Below are positions 26,870 to 37,695 of a DNA stretch of 64,000 bases, in pieces. This DNA comes from Nitrospirota bacterium. GTDB taxonomy: Bacteria > Nitrospirota > UBA9217. The position numbers and the translations under genes were made by a program. Numbering within the stretch: position 1 is the stretch's first letter; every line of letters starts with the position of its first letter. The stretch is from contig CAVUCU010000005.1 in assembly GCA_963740085.1 (NCBI GenBank), forward strand, positions 32,001 to 96,000. Reading direction: 5' to 3'. The notes under the pieces are model-generated. The model did not search any database. It was not told the origin of the DNA and saw only the letters and a program-made list of their open reading frames with translations.

Positions 26870-29326
26870 GTGGATATCAAGAACCGTGAGGTACCGGCAG
26901 CCGAACTCAGACCCGCGTGCGATCCGGCGGAATTTCCCTTTACGACCACTGCCGAACTGCCGCTCAGGGACGAGGTCATCGGCCAGACGCGGGCAGTGAA
27001 GGCGATCGAGTTCGGCATCTCCATCCGCAATCACGGGTACAACATCTTCGTGTCCGGCGTCCCGGGCACGGGCCGGAACTCCATTACCGGATCCATCGTC
27101 AAGCGGATCTCCCTGGACCAGCCGGTTCCCGATGACTGGTGCTACATCAACAACTTCAAGGAAGCCGACCGGCCGCGCGCGATCAAACTGCCGCCGGGCA
27201 GGGGCCGTGAGTTCAGGAACGACGTCGAGAAGTTCATCGGGTTCATGCAGAGTGAGATCCCCAAGGTCTTCGAATCCAAGGAATATGAAGAACAGAAATC
27301 GCGCATCGTGGACGAGGCGGAGAAGGCCAAGGAGGTCCTGTTTGCCGAGGCCGGCAAGAGCGCTCTCGAACTGGGGTTTCAGCTGACCATCACCCGCACC
27401 GGCATCGTCAAGGTTCCGATGTGGAAGGGCAAGCCGCTGACGCCCCAGGAGCTCGGATCCCTCTCATCCGATCAGCGGCACGAGCTTGAGGAACATGAGA
27501 AAAAGGTTGACGAGGAGATACGCGATTTTCTGTCCAAGGCGCGCCTGCTGGAGAAAGCGGCGCACGAAAAGGTACATGAGCTCAACCGGCACGTCGCGCA
27601 TTTTTCCATGGGACACCAGCTCGACGACCTGAAGGAGAAGTACCGCGTCAATCCCCGCATTCCGGAGTATCTCGCGGAGGTCGAGGAAGACGTCCTGAAT
27701 AATCTGCGTGAGTTTCTGGGCCAGACGCCGGAACTGCAGTTCCCGATCGAGGGCATGGACAAGGCGAGCTTCCTCGAGCGCTACAAGGTGAACGTGATCG
27801 TGGACAACGCCGGGACCAAAGGAGGTCCGGTCATCGAGGAAGCCAATCCGACGTACAACAACCTCATTGGCCGCATCGAGCGCAAGGCGCGGTTCGGCGC
27901 TCTCTTCACGAACTTCACTATGATCCGGTCGGGCTCGCTGCTCCAGGCGAACGGCGGCTTCCTGATCCTGAACGCCCTCGACGTGCTGCGCAATCCTTTC
28001 TCCTGGGACGCGATCAAGCGGGTCATCAAAAAAAGCGAGGTGAAGGTCGAGGATCTGGCCGAGCTCTACGGCATTACGACCGGCGGCCTCAAGGCCGAAC
28101 CCATCCCGGTCTCGCTCAAGCTTATCTTGCTCGGCAGCCCCTCGCTCTATTACCTCCTCTACTACTATGACGAAGACTTCAGGGACCTCTTCAAGGTCAA
28201 GTCCGACTTCGACACGCAAACCGCCGGCTCCGGAGATGAAAAGATGCGGTATGCGAACTTCGTCGGCGCAATGGTGAAAAAGGACGGCCTTCTCCCCTTT
28301 GACCGGATCGCGGTCGCCTGCGTCGTGGACCATGCCGTGCGTCTTGCCGGCAAACAGAACAAGCTTTCGCTTCGTTTCAGCGAACTGTCGGACCTGGTGC
28401 GCGAGTCGTCGTACTGGGCGGCACAGGCGGGAAGCAGCGTGGTAATGGCCGGGCATGTGGAGAAGGCTCTGGAAGAAAAGGTTTACCGGGCAAATTTGAT
28501 CGACGAGCGAATCCAGGAGCTGTTCGCCGAGGGAACGCTGATGGTCGACGTCTCGGGCTCCGCGATCGCGCAGGTGAACGGGCTGTCCGTGTACGATATC
28601 GGCAATTTTTTCTTCGGCAAACCCTCACGCATCACCAGCCGGGTCTACCTCGGCAAGGCGGGGGTCATCAACATCGAGCGCGAAGCCAAGCTCTCGGGCC
28701 GCATCTACAACAAGGGCGTGCTCATCCTCTCGGGCTATCTCGGAGGCGCCTACGCCCAGGACAAGACACTTTCGGTCTCGGCGACCATTGCCTTTGAGCA
28801 GAGCTACGGCGAGGTGGAGGGCGACAGCGCCTCGGCCGCGGAGGCTGTCGCGCTCATCTCAGGCATCGCCGAGGCGCCGGTAAAGCAGAACATCGCCATC
28901 ACCGGCTCGATCAACCAGAAGGGCGAGATCCAGCCGATCGGCGGGGTGAATGAAAAGATCGAAGGCTTCTTTGCCGTATGCAGGAACCGCGGACTGACAG
29001 GAGACCAGGGCGTTATCATTCCGGAACTGAACAGGAAGAACCTGATGCTCAGGAAGGAAGTCGTGGACGCGGTGAAGGACGGCAAATTCCGGATCTATGC
29101 GATCAAGACCGTGAATGACGCGCTGGAGATCCTGACAGGACTTCCCGCGGGCGACCGCAATGAGGATGGCGCCTGGCCCGAGGGGTCGATCAACTTCCTG
29201 GTGGACAAACGGCTCAGGGAAATGTCGAAGAAGCTGAAGGCCGACGATAAGGGCGAGGAGAAAAAGGAGAAGAAGGAAGAGAACAACGAGCAGGTTCCGA
29301 AGAAGACCCCGCAGCCGGAAGAGTAG
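26870..29326 (+). CDS. Lon-like AAA protease (LonC/LonB type)
   Basis: GTG start after RBS ggagg; IGQTRA, GSLLQANGG; catalytic GDSAS and GGVNEKIEGF. Confidence 0.9.
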   Translation: MDIKNREVPAAELRPACDPAEFPFTTTAELPLRDEVIGQTRAVKAIEFGISIRNHGYNIFVSGVPGTGRNSITGSIVKRISLDQPVPDDWCYINNFKEADRPRAIKLPPGRGREFRNDVEKFIGFMQSEIPKVFESKEYEEQKSRIVDEAEKAKEVLFAEAGKSALELGFQLTITRTGIVKVPMWKGKPLTPQELGSLSSDQRHELEEHEKKVDEEIRDFLSKARLLEKAAHEKVHELNRHVAHFSMGHQLDDLKEKYRVNPRIPEYLAEVEEDVLNNLREFLGQTPELQFPIEGMDKASFLERYKVNVIVDNAGTKGGPVIEEANPTYNNLIGRIERKARFGALFTNFTMIRSGSLLQANGGFLILNALDVLRNPFSWDAIKRVIKKSEVKVEDLAELYGITTGGLKAEPIPVSLKLILLGSPSLYYLLYYYDEDFRDLFKVKSDFDTQTAGSGDEKMRYANFVGAMVKKDGLLPFDRIAVACVVDHAVRLAGKQNKLSLRFSELSDLVRESSYWAAQAGSSVVMAGHVEKALEEKVYRANLIDERIQELFAEGTLMVDVSGSAIAQVNGLSVYDIGNFFFGKPSRITSRVYLGKAGVINIEREAKLSGRIYNKGVLILSGYLGGAYAQDKTLSVSATIAFEQSYGEVEGDSASAAEAVALISGIAEAPVKQNIAITGSINQKGEIQPIGGVNEKIEGFFAVCRNRGLTGDQGVIIPELNRKNLMLRKEVVDAVKDGKFRIYAIKTVNDALEILTGLPAGDRNEDGAWPEGSINFLVDKRLREMSKKLKADDKGEEKKEKKEENNEQVPKKTPQPEE

Positions 29327-29561
29327 AATTGTTTGACAACTATGCTGGCGCGCGTGCTTGTTCCATTCAGGTTGGATTGTACATATGCTGGCTTGTGGAT
29401 GAAGTGCGAACTTCCCTACATCCTGCAATGCCAATATTGTGACGAGGGTAAAGAATTCAGGTAATATCATGCATTCTCCCGGCGATTGCGAAACGCTGGG
29501 AGAATTCGCGCGTGAGCGTCGGTTTTTAGACAGCTCGGGACCTAAACGGTTAGGATCAACT

Positions 29562-29593
29562 TGTCGGGTTTCGCTTTACTCAACCCGACCTAC
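29562..29593 (-). repeat. GTAG-type REP sequence
   Basis: Minus strand GTAG-GTCGGGTT-gagtaaagcga-AACCCGAC-a. Confidence 0.6.
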
Positions 29594-29889
29594 GAAACTA
29601 CCCCTTACCCGACTATTGTCGTTGCATACACCGGTTGTGGGCCGCGATATTTTCCTTCCGCATCACTATGCCTGTCCGCAAGCGCCGCAATTATCCATTC
29701 TGGAGTCTCCATATCCTTTTTCATTATGCGAAAGGCGCAGATCATGATGAAAAGAGAGCACCTTTCTTGACAATATCTAATATCGAGATATACTGAATAT
29801 AATGACTGTTTTGGAAGCGCGGCATTTCGAGTAATCCACGTAGCTTCACTCCGGAAACAATGGCAACGAGATGAGGAAAGGAGGAACTC

Positions 29890-30420
29890 ATGCGACCATT
29901 CACGTCAGAAGCGGCAGAACAGGTCATCAGCCTTCTATGCTACAGCAGGACCGACGACAGGTATCATTACGGCCCTCGCGGGAAACCTACTACATGCGCG
30001 GGGGCATTCCGGCTTGCCGTAACCGTGAAGGCAGGCTCTCCTCCACAGCTGGTGCTATCCGACATCTATGATCCGTCCAGGTATCGAACGATAACCGTCG
30101 CGGACGCGGTGCAGCAGGGCGTCCTCGATCCGTCATGGGAAGATTTTGCCACAAAGCTCTATCTCAACGACCAGGACATTCTCTATATGTGCCTGATGAG
30201 CCGCGTAGAGCCGGTTCCTTTACGGCTTAACGATGTCGAGCGGGTGAAGTCCTACCGGGATCAGCACAATGACAAGGCCAGGTCCGTCAAGTGCACCTAC
30301 ATGCCCCATCTCCCTCGATCCAATGTTCACATGCGGTCCGTTTCCGGGAAAGCCGGAGGCGGACCCGGGAAACAGGACATGACGGGCGTGCACCAGCGCA
30401 AGAGGGCCAAGGCTTCATAG
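29890..30420 (+). CDS. Hypothetical protein
   Basis: Strong RBS aaggagg, 176 codons, no recognisable motif. Confidence 0.6.
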   Translation: MRPFTSEAAEQVISLLCYSRTDDRYHYGPRGKPTTCAGAFRLAVTVKAGSPPQLVLSDIYDPSRYRTITVADAVQQGVLDPSWEDFATKLYLNDQDILYMCLMSRVEPVPLRLNDVERVKSYRDQHNDKARSVKCTYMPHLPRSNVHMRSVSGKAGGGPGKQDMTGVHQRKRAKAS

Positions 30421-31000
30421 CTGTTCACAGGTACAGGAAGGTCTTGTGCACTGCATGTTTCAATCGTAATTCATCATTTTCGATCGATCCGGGCCGTCAT
30501 GAGGTGCACCTGCAAATATGGAATGATGAAGGTACAAAAATAGTGCGGATTATGGGTTGATAATTGCACATAATGATAGTGGGTGTAAGCCAGCAGCACA
30601 TTGCATCTCGGGTCAGGATTTTGCGAATAATCTCTTCGAGCACTGCAATCTTGTCGGCCCACTCCTTCAGATCTTTGTCAATCACGACGAGCGATGTATG
30701 GTGGCGTCCTCGACTACCAACACCGTCCCCTCTCTTAATTCCCATGTCTGTGACACTTCTCCCACCTCCTTCATAACCGAATAAGAACATTTTATCCAAT
30801 AGCACCTCTCTACGCATTTCAATTGGAATTCGTCACTTCGCCTAAGACCCTGTCCTTCACAGACCTCCTACTATTATGCACTTTGGTTAAAACAAAAAAC
30901 GATCAATTACCGGTTGAAACATACTGAGTTCTTCTAGACGAAAAAGCAGCATGCATCCCGATAACCAAAACATCCCCAATAATGTATTCTTGTTTTATTC

Positions 31001-31882
31001 TCACATTGACATTGACATAGCGCGCATCACGAAATAGAGCGCCCCGGCAAAGAACATGCCCAGCAGGACGCCAAAAACCTCCAGCCAGAGCAGATGCGAT
31101 CTTATATTCTCTTCAATAATGTCACGTACCTTTGATGGTGCATACGTCGCAAGCTTGTCGGCGACCATGCCTTTTATATCAAGGTTGTCGAAGAACAGTT
31201 GCGCAATGGATCTGTCCGTATGGTAATGGCGGAGGACAAGCTCGTTGTTCGGCCTGAACAGGAAATCCTCGAGCGTACCGACCTTTTGATTGGTCCTGAG
31301 GATCATCTCCTTTGACACCCGCAACCGGTCTATTCTCTCCTGGAGCTCCCCTACGATTGCATCAGTCATCTCGTCATATTCTTTGATGCGCGTGACGTTC
31401 AGGAACTTTCCGAGAAATCCAAGCTTCGTCTTGAGCGCGTCTCTGATCTCGTCATGGACCTTCTGCGATAGCAGGTATTCACGGACATCGTCACGGAACT
31501 CATCGATCACGTTATTGATGATTTCCTCGGCCTTATCGTTATTGACCGGTTTGAGCAGCTTTTTCATTTCAGCCTGGAGCATCTCGCTGTTCACCAGGTG
31601 TGTTTCTACCGTCCTCGCGAGGGAACGTATGATATCCTTGTGCTTTTTGAGCAAAACACCGGATCCCGGCAGGAACGACTTCTTTTCAAAGAGCATCGTA
31701 ATGGCTATCTTGTTTGTGATGCCGCCTATGAACCCGCCCAGCAATACCTGTATCAAGAGAGCCTGGTAAGGGTAGGTATTGCCGGACAGCGATGCTATCA
31801 GCGCAAGCACCAAGCAGGCAAATACGATGAGGATCAGCCAGGGCGCTATGAGATCTGTCATCCTGGGTTTTCTATCGCTCAT
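31001..31882 (-). CDS. DUF445 family membrane protein
   Basis: GGFIGGITNKIAITMLF and C-terminal HLLWLEVFGVLLG. Confidence 0.8.
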   Translation of the reverse strand: MSDRKPRMTDLIAPWLILIVFACLVLALIASLSGNTYPYQALLIQVLLGGFIGGITNKIAITMLFEKKSFLPGSGVLLKKHKDIIRSLARTVETHLVNSEMLQAEMKKLLKPVNNDKAEEIINNVIDEFRDDVREYLLSQKVHDEIRDALKTKLGFLGKFLNVTRIKEYDEMTDAIVGELQERIDRLRVSKEMILRTNQKVGTLEDFLFRPNNELVLRHYHTDRSIAQLFFDNLDIKGMVADKLATYAPSKVRDIIEENIRSHLLWLEVFGVLLGMFFAGALYFVMRAMSMSM

Positions 31883-32598
31883 GAGGCACCTTCTCTACTG
31901 GGGTAAAACGCAATTTCTAATCCTGCTTTCCCTTAACTGAGTTGCAGGTTCAGTTAGGCATAGCGCAATCCAACGGCCATTGCGGTTTCACCCTGTCGTG
32001 AATACTGTCGGATTTCGTTATACTTAACTTACCTCACCTGTCAGATAACAGTTTGTCTCCTGCAGCTCTTCCTTTAGACTCATGTATCACAACTTTAGGA
32101 ATATATCTGCAGGGTCATTTATCAGTAGTGTGACCTACACCTACTACTATGGATTTCGATTAGTCATAAAAATTAACGATTACGGGTCGAAATATGTATG
32201 CCAGTAATGATTCGACTTGTTCCCATAATGCTCATTCTGGGAAAAGGTTGGCGACATCACGGGTGGGATAAATCTCCTCCTTCGGGGTCTTCAGTTCCCA
32301 GAACACTCATTTTGGGATATTCTATTTCAAACTTGGACAATCAATATTGGCATTGTTAGTTTCTACATATGATAAGTAGGTTCCAAAAGGTGCAACCACC
32401 GCATAAAAGGAAGAAAACTTGATGGTATGGTTACAACCGCGATTCGTCACTTCGATTGTGAATCTGTACCTCTATGGTGCACCTACTTCTGTGGATTGTT
32501 CACTATTCGGAACTATTAACAAATTCCGATTGTAAGATGCATCTGAACTGTTGTCGGTATATACATCGCAATGTTTGTGCTCGACCAGCGTACCACCT

Positions 32599-35457
32599 TT
32601 ATCTGTCCAGCATTTCCCTCACCTTCTTCAGGAGCGCCTGTGGCGACATCGGTTTAATTATCATGGCCGAGCCTGTTTCGATCAAGTCCTTCTCTCGAAG
32701 CATATCCAGCGAATATCCGCTTACAAAGAGCACCGGGACCGCGGGCATCACCTTCCTGATCTCTTCATAAGCCTCTCTGCCGCTCTTCTTCGGCATCATA
32801 ATGTCGAATAGAAGCAGCTGAATTCTGTCCTTGTTTTCCATGAATTTCGTCACTGCCTCTGCTCCGTCATTCGCCTGAATAACGGTATAGCCCATTTGCT
32901 CAAGAACAACTACATTTAAATTCCGCATGTTCACATCATCCTCTGCCAAAAGGATTGTTCCCGTGCCGCCTTTTTGATATTCAACTTCCAGTGTCTTCCG
33001 CCTTTCCACTGCCGAGGCTTTGATCAGCGGGAGATAGATCCGGAAGGTCGTGCCTTTGCCCGGTTCACTGTATACGTTTATGAAACCCTCATTCTGTTTG
33101 AGAATGCCGTACACCATGGCCAACCCGAGCCCTGTTCCCTTGCCGACCTCCTTGGTCGTGAAAAAAGGCTCAAATATATTTTTCCTTGTTTCCTCGTTCA
33201 TCCCCACGCCAGTGTCGGTGGCAGAGATCATGGCATAGGTTCCCGGCTTCCCATACCCGTGGGCCGACACAAACCCGCTATCCATTTTCATAATCGATGT
33301 TTCGATCATGAATGAACCGCCATGCGGCATTGCATCCCGCGCATTCGTTGCAAGATTCATCATTACCTGCTCCAACTGGCCTGCGTCGGCCATGACGGTC
33401 AATTCACCCCCAGCAAGGGCCAAGCGGACCGCAACATCCTCACCGATAATCCGAATGAGAAATTTCTCTACTTTTTTGAGTATGCTATGCAGGTCAACAG
33501 GTTTACGGTCAATGATCTGCTTGCGGCTGAAGGTAAGAAGACTCTGGGTGAGTGAGGCAGCGCGGTCTGCTGACTCCAGCATGTGTTCTATATTCAGCCG
33601 TAAAGGATCGTCCTTCGGCATTTTCATGAGCGTAATGTGTCCGTAGCCGATGATGGCGGACAGGATATTATTGAAATCGTGGGCAATGCCTCCGGCAAGC
33701 GTACCAATGCTCTCCATCTTTTGAGCATGGCGAAGCTGGCTCTCCAAGGCTCTTTTTTCCGTTATGTCGTTGATGACCTCGATGACGGATTGTACTTCAC
33801 CGGATGGACTCTTCATCGCGTATGTCCTTACCTCCACCTGTCTCTGTTTGCCTTTATCATCCGTATGCGTGTGGACAGCAAGACCCGGCTCTCCTGTCTC
33901 GAATGTGCTTTTGCACGCGCAAACATGTCCGGGTTCATGGCATGGCTGTGTTGCATGATGCGATATCTCGTAACAATGTTTTCCAATAATATGCCCCAGC
34001 GATTCCCCTGCTTGCTCGCAGTACGCACGGTTGGCCGATAGTATGCGATAATCGCTATCAATCACCACAAATGCCTGATCAACGCTGGCAAGAATGTCCT
34101 CAATGAACTTTTCGGATTTTCGCAGCGTCTCTTCCGCCCGTTTGCGCTCGGTAATGTCACGGAAGATACCGACGAGGTACTGCTTTCCGCCCAACGTCAC
34201 CGAGGTGGCATTGATGTCCGCGTAAAAGACCGAGCCATCCTTTCTCAACATCGGGGCCTCAGATGCAAGCAAAATCTCGCCGCGCAGCTGTTTTTCAAAG
34301 AGCTCCCGGATGGCGGGCAGGTCCTCTTTCGGGTGAATATCATCAACACGCAGACCAACGATCTCATCGCGGGTATATCCAAGCATGATGCACATGGATT
34401 TATTTGCCTCAATATGCCTCTTGGTCTCCGCGTCGGCAATCATGATCCCGTCGATCGCATTTTCGAATATGGACCGGAACTTTTCCTCGCTTTCCCGCAG
34501 ACTCTCTTCACTTCGTTGACGTCCTTCGATGGAGCGGAGCAGTTCCCCGTTAATTCTGAGAATTGATTTATACCGCCAGAATGCCATGACGAAGAAGACG
34601 ATAATTAGGACAAGTCCGCTGACTGTAAGTATTCTATTGCGCGTCCAGTACGGTACCGGCACGCCGTACCATTTGCGATAAATCTGCTCATATTCGGCGC
34701 TTCCAGTAAAGCTATGCAGGGCATTGTTCAAGCGTCCAAGTAATTGCACGTTTCCCTTGCGTACCACCAAACATCTTTCCTGCTCCGCAAAGGGCTTTCC
34801 GATCTTCTTGATGCGGTCTTCCAGTCGGGCTTCCCGCACATTTTTTTGAATTTGGGTTTCCTCTCCGGCGAATATATCAATTTCCCCAGCGAGAAGGCTG
34901 AAAATTCCTTCCAGATAAGAACCATCAATAGAGAGATTCACGCCTGGCTTGTTTTTTAGTTGCTCGTAGGATAGACTGCCTTTGACAACGCCTACAGTGT
35001 GCCCTCGAGGTGCGGTATCGGGATTAATCTGGCTTTCAGAACGGACAAAATAGGAAAGGTAGGCTACATCTATCGGGGAACTGAATAGTAATATCTTTTC
35101 ACGTTCCGCGCTCTTGAGCAGAACGGTAATATCCGCCTCGCCGGTCTCTACCGAAGTTATCAACGCCGGCCAACCGGGTTCACAAATATATCTAAGCTCC
35201 AATCCCGCACGAGTGGCCACGCTATTGATAATATCCACCGCGAATCCGGAGGGCTTGTCGGTATTTTTGTCCCAAAAATTAACCGGCGAATAGGTACAAT
35301 GGATAACCACTGTCGCCTTTTCAGGCGCTATCTGCTTATTAGAAGATTCAGCCCATGATAAAGAGACGCAGGCTAAGACTATGGAAAAGATAATGATAAT
35401 AGGTACCAAAAACTTCCTAATTGGGCGCTTGGAATCAGGCAAGCTAACCTCCTTCAA
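32599..35457 (-). CDS. Hybrid histidine kinase: periplasmic solute-binding domain, 2 PAS, HisKA/HATPase, receiver
   Basis: GFAVDI periplasmic domain, DITERK, QKMESIGTLAGGIAHDFNN, FEPFFTTKEVGKGTGLGL, C-terminal receiver. Confidence 0.92.
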   Translation of the reverse strand: MKEVSLPDSKRPIRKFLVPIIIIFSIVLACVSLSWAESSNKQIAPEKATVVIHCTYSPVNFWDKNTDKPSGFAVDIINSVATRAGLELRYICEPGWPALITSVETGEADITVLLKSAEREKILLFSSPIDVAYLSYFVRSESQINPDTAPRGHTVGVVKGSLSYEQLKNKPGVNLSIDGSYLEGIFSLLAGEIDIFAGEETQIQKNVREARLEDRIKKIGKPFAEQERCLVVRKGNVQLLGRLNNALHSFTGSAEYEQIYRKWYGVPVPYWTRNRILTVSGLVLIIVFFVMAFWRYKSILRINGELLRSIEGRQRSEESLRESEEKFRSIFENAIDGIMIADAETKRHIEANKSMCIMLGYTRDEIVGLRVDDIHPKEDLPAIRELFEKQLRGEILLASEAPMLRKDGSVFYADINATSVTLGGKQYLVGIFRDITERKRAEETLRKSEKFIEDILASVDQAFVVIDSDYRILSANRAYCEQAGESLGHIIGKHCYEISHHATQPCHEPGHVCACKSTFETGEPGLAVHTHTDDKGKQRQVEVRTYAMKSPSGEVQSVIEVINDITEKRALESQLRHAQKMESIGTLAGGIAHDFNNILSAIIGYGHITLMKMPKDDPLRLNIEHMLESADRAASLTQSLLTFSRKQIIDRKPVDLHSILKKVEKFLIRIIGEDVAVRLALAGGELTVMADAGQLEQVMMNLATNARDAMPHGGSFMIETSIMKMDSGFVSAHGYGKPGTYAMISATDTGVGMNEETRKNIFEPFFTTKEVGKGTGLGLAMVYGILKQNEGFINVYSEPGKGTTFRIYLPLIKASAVERRKTLEVEYQKGGTGTILLAEDDVNMRNLNVVVLEQMGYTVIQANDGAEAVTKFMENKDRIQLLLFDIMMPKKSGREAYEEIRKVMPAVPVLFVSGYSLDMLREKDLIETGSAMIIKPMSPQALLKKVREMLDR

Positions 35458-35830
35458 AACAAGAGCGTTGTTTGCTCTTGGAAATGACTATTTTATACTT
35501 TGTAAGTTGTGGGACAACGACCCCATTGACACATGACGTTATGTTAAGGAGAAGCAGGAACATTAAGGGTTAGACGGAACATTTCAATCTCCCTCACGGA
35601 GTGATTATAACATAATGGCGCAACGTGCAATGCTTATTCGAGTTGGATCGTAGTCGGATGATAAAGAGATTCAGACATGGGTTCAATAATACCCGAACAT
35701 TACATCCGGACATCTGGTAGATTCGGCGTTTTAGAAGCATCCTCTATAGGGTATTGTACTGGTATTCCAGCAAATACGGAATGTAACTTGATATGTTTCA
35801 ACAAAATGCAACTACAACGAGTACAGTCAA

Positions 35831-37027
35831 CTATGTGCAGCTCACCGATGATGCCAGATATCTCTGTTTGTGTGACAACATGGCAAAAAGCATTCGAGTA
35901 AGTTTATGCATTGTTGCCATGACTGCTTTCTTATAAGGCAATCCAGCTTGTTTCTTTTTCTGGTAATACGCTCGGAATTTATCGTTATTGAGGATCACAT
36001 TTACCGTCATGAGCCAAAGAACACGTCGAAGGTGCCTATTTCCTCTCTTTGAGATTCTGCTCTTTCCCTCGTACTTGCCGGATTGATACACTGTTGGATC
36101 AATCCCTGCGTAGGCAATCAAATGTTTGTGCGTCTCGTAGCTCTCGATTCGTCCTAGCTCAGCCAAAAAAGTGGTACCGGTTCCGTTACCGATGCCTACC
36201 ACGGATGTTACAATCTCCAGGTCTTCGACCATCAGAGAGTTGCAGTAGTCCGTGAGCATGACCGTCAACTCATCTCGACGATCCTCCAGATGGATTAGTG
36301 TCGAGATTTTCCCCCGGAGGATAGTCTCTTTGGCTGGACTGACCGTCCCAACCGAGTTCTTGGCCAGTTTGATGATATCCTCCGCCGTAAAGGTTGATAT
36401 TCTGCTCCCTGAACCTCGTGGCTCCATAGCTTTAGCTATTGCCCGGGGTTTGGCAAGCACAATCAAACGAGCCGAGGGAAACTTCTTCAGAAATTCAAGC
36501 ATGATGCCCGAATAGACGCCGCAGAGCCGCTCAAGCTCAGGAAAGGTCGTCTGCAAGACCCGCTTGATCTCGGTCTTGGTCGCGGAAATCAAATGGCTCA
36601 GCGACTCTCTCTCCCGGGCGAGATCTCGCATATCCTGCATATCCTGGCTGACGGACATCTGAGAAATCTTATCCGTGTGAGCCAGCAGGAACTGGGCGAT
36701 CGTCAGTGCGTCTTTCTTATCGGTCTTGGTCTTCCGGAGCGTAAGTTTGGCAAAGTTCGAAATCAACAGCGGGTTAATGACTACGGCTCGGATGCCCTGA
36801 GACGTGAGATAAGAGAATAGATTGATGTGATAGCAGCCCGTGGACTCCATGCCGACGATGACCGTAGAAACATATGGTTGCTGTGCCATTATCATCTTCA
36901 GCAACTTCGAGAACCCATCACTGTCCATGGTACAATCTTGGGCGAAACAGCGTGTCCCTTTGCCGTCAAGGCCAGCGGCAGAAAAGGACTCTTTGGAAAC
37001 ATCGACGCCAACGGTCAAACTTTCCAT
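35831..37027 (-). CDS. IS110 family recombinase/transposase (DEDD RuvC + Tnp domain)
   Basis: VGVDVSK, GMESTG.YH, KTKTDKKDA, AYAGIDP...QSG, ISKRGNRHLR; RBS ggagg before MESLTV. Confidence 0.95.
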   Translation of the reverse strand: MESLTVGVDVSKESFSAAGLDGKGTRCFAQDCTMDSDGFSKLLKMIMAQQPYVSTVIVGMESTGCYHINLFSYLTSQGIRAVVINPLLISNFAKLTLRKTKTDKKDALTIAQFLLAHTDKISQMSVSQDMQDMRDLARERESLSHLISATKTEIKRVLQTTFPELERLCGVYSGIMLEFLKKFPSARLIVLAKPRAIAKAMEPRGSGSRISTFTAEDIIKLAKNSVGTVSPAKETILRGKISTLIHLEDRRDELTVMLTDYCNSLMVEDLEIVTSVVGIGNGTGTTFLAELGRIESYETHKHLIAYAGIDPTVYQSGKYEGKSRISKRGNRHLRRVLWLMTVNVILNNDKFRAYYQKKKQAGLPYKKAVMATMHKLTRMLFAMLSHKQRYLASSVSCT

Positions 37028-37044
37028 TGATCCCTCCTCCATGC

Positions 37045-37201
37045 AAGATTTAGACAGGCAGGAAACGCCTCCCGACCAATCCTCCATCGTTACCAGGGCT
37101 CTTTGGCCCAATCAACCTATCATGGCTATGGGAGGCAGGGAACAAACTGTACTGAGGGTTCAAGGACCCAGGAAGTAAACTAAGTTCTCCTGCCCTTCTA
37201 T
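37045..37201 (-). ncRNA. IS110 bridge RNA with target-binding and donor-binding loops
   Basis: Closing GGGCAGGA/UCCUGCCU. Arm 1: GAAC/GUUC, internal loop, GGGU/ACCC hairpin. Arm 2: GCCUCCC/GGGAGGC, internal loop, GGGC/GCCC hairpin. Loop sequences match the flanks and ends. Confidence 0.82.
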
Positions 37202-37232
37202 GACATCTATATAGCACAACTAATCGTAGGAG

Positions 37233-37667
37233 GAAGTACTTCTTGCCGTTCGAATATAGCATAGAATGAATATTTCAAGAAGCAATTTACGATTCTAAGA
37301 GCAGCGTATCGATTGGGCTGAGCATAGTGAGCCAACATCTTCTTCAAATTGCGGAAAGCAGCCTCCAACCTCCCGGCTCTCACCGCGTACCTGAATGAAC
37401 TCGTAATAACGACGGCGGCTCGCACTCGATGACCATCGCGCGCCCGGTGCCGGGATGACGAAAGCTCAGAATTGCGGCATGAAGATGGTAGCCCGGGTCG
37501 CCGGGCAAGGCATGTGTATCCGGCAGGGGCAAACCGCCTGCGCCGTACAGAGGATCGCCAACCAGAGGGTGTCCCGAGGATGCCAGGTGAATGCGGATCT
37601 GGTGTGGACGGCCTGTCTCAATTCGGACATCACAGAGGAAGGAATCTTCGCGGCGTTCGATGACGGT
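37233..37667. repeat. 435-bp direct-repeat copy of 44165-44606, containing the 3' end of the RluA-type gene
   Basis: Identical except 2 substitutions and one 7-nt duplication (cagcctc). Confidence 0.9.
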
Positions 37668-37695
37668 ATGGGGTCAGACTTAAAGATTGAGTTAC

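Larger units (their letters stand above)
35825..37232 (-). mobile_element. IS110-family insertion sequence, complete, with CT core at both ends
   Basis: Core (AG on +) at 35825-35826 and 37231-37232; bridge-RNA guides match both flanks; the circle junction forms TTGACT-17-TATATA. Confidence 0.88.

Noticed and set aside
30497-30817. Short ORFs between the hypothetical gene and the DUF445 gene
   Set aside because: No motif and no clear RBS; conflicting frames
30828-32454. 13-nt repeat attcgtcacttcg at 30828 and 32442
   Set aside because: Matches of this length are expected by chance in 64 kb
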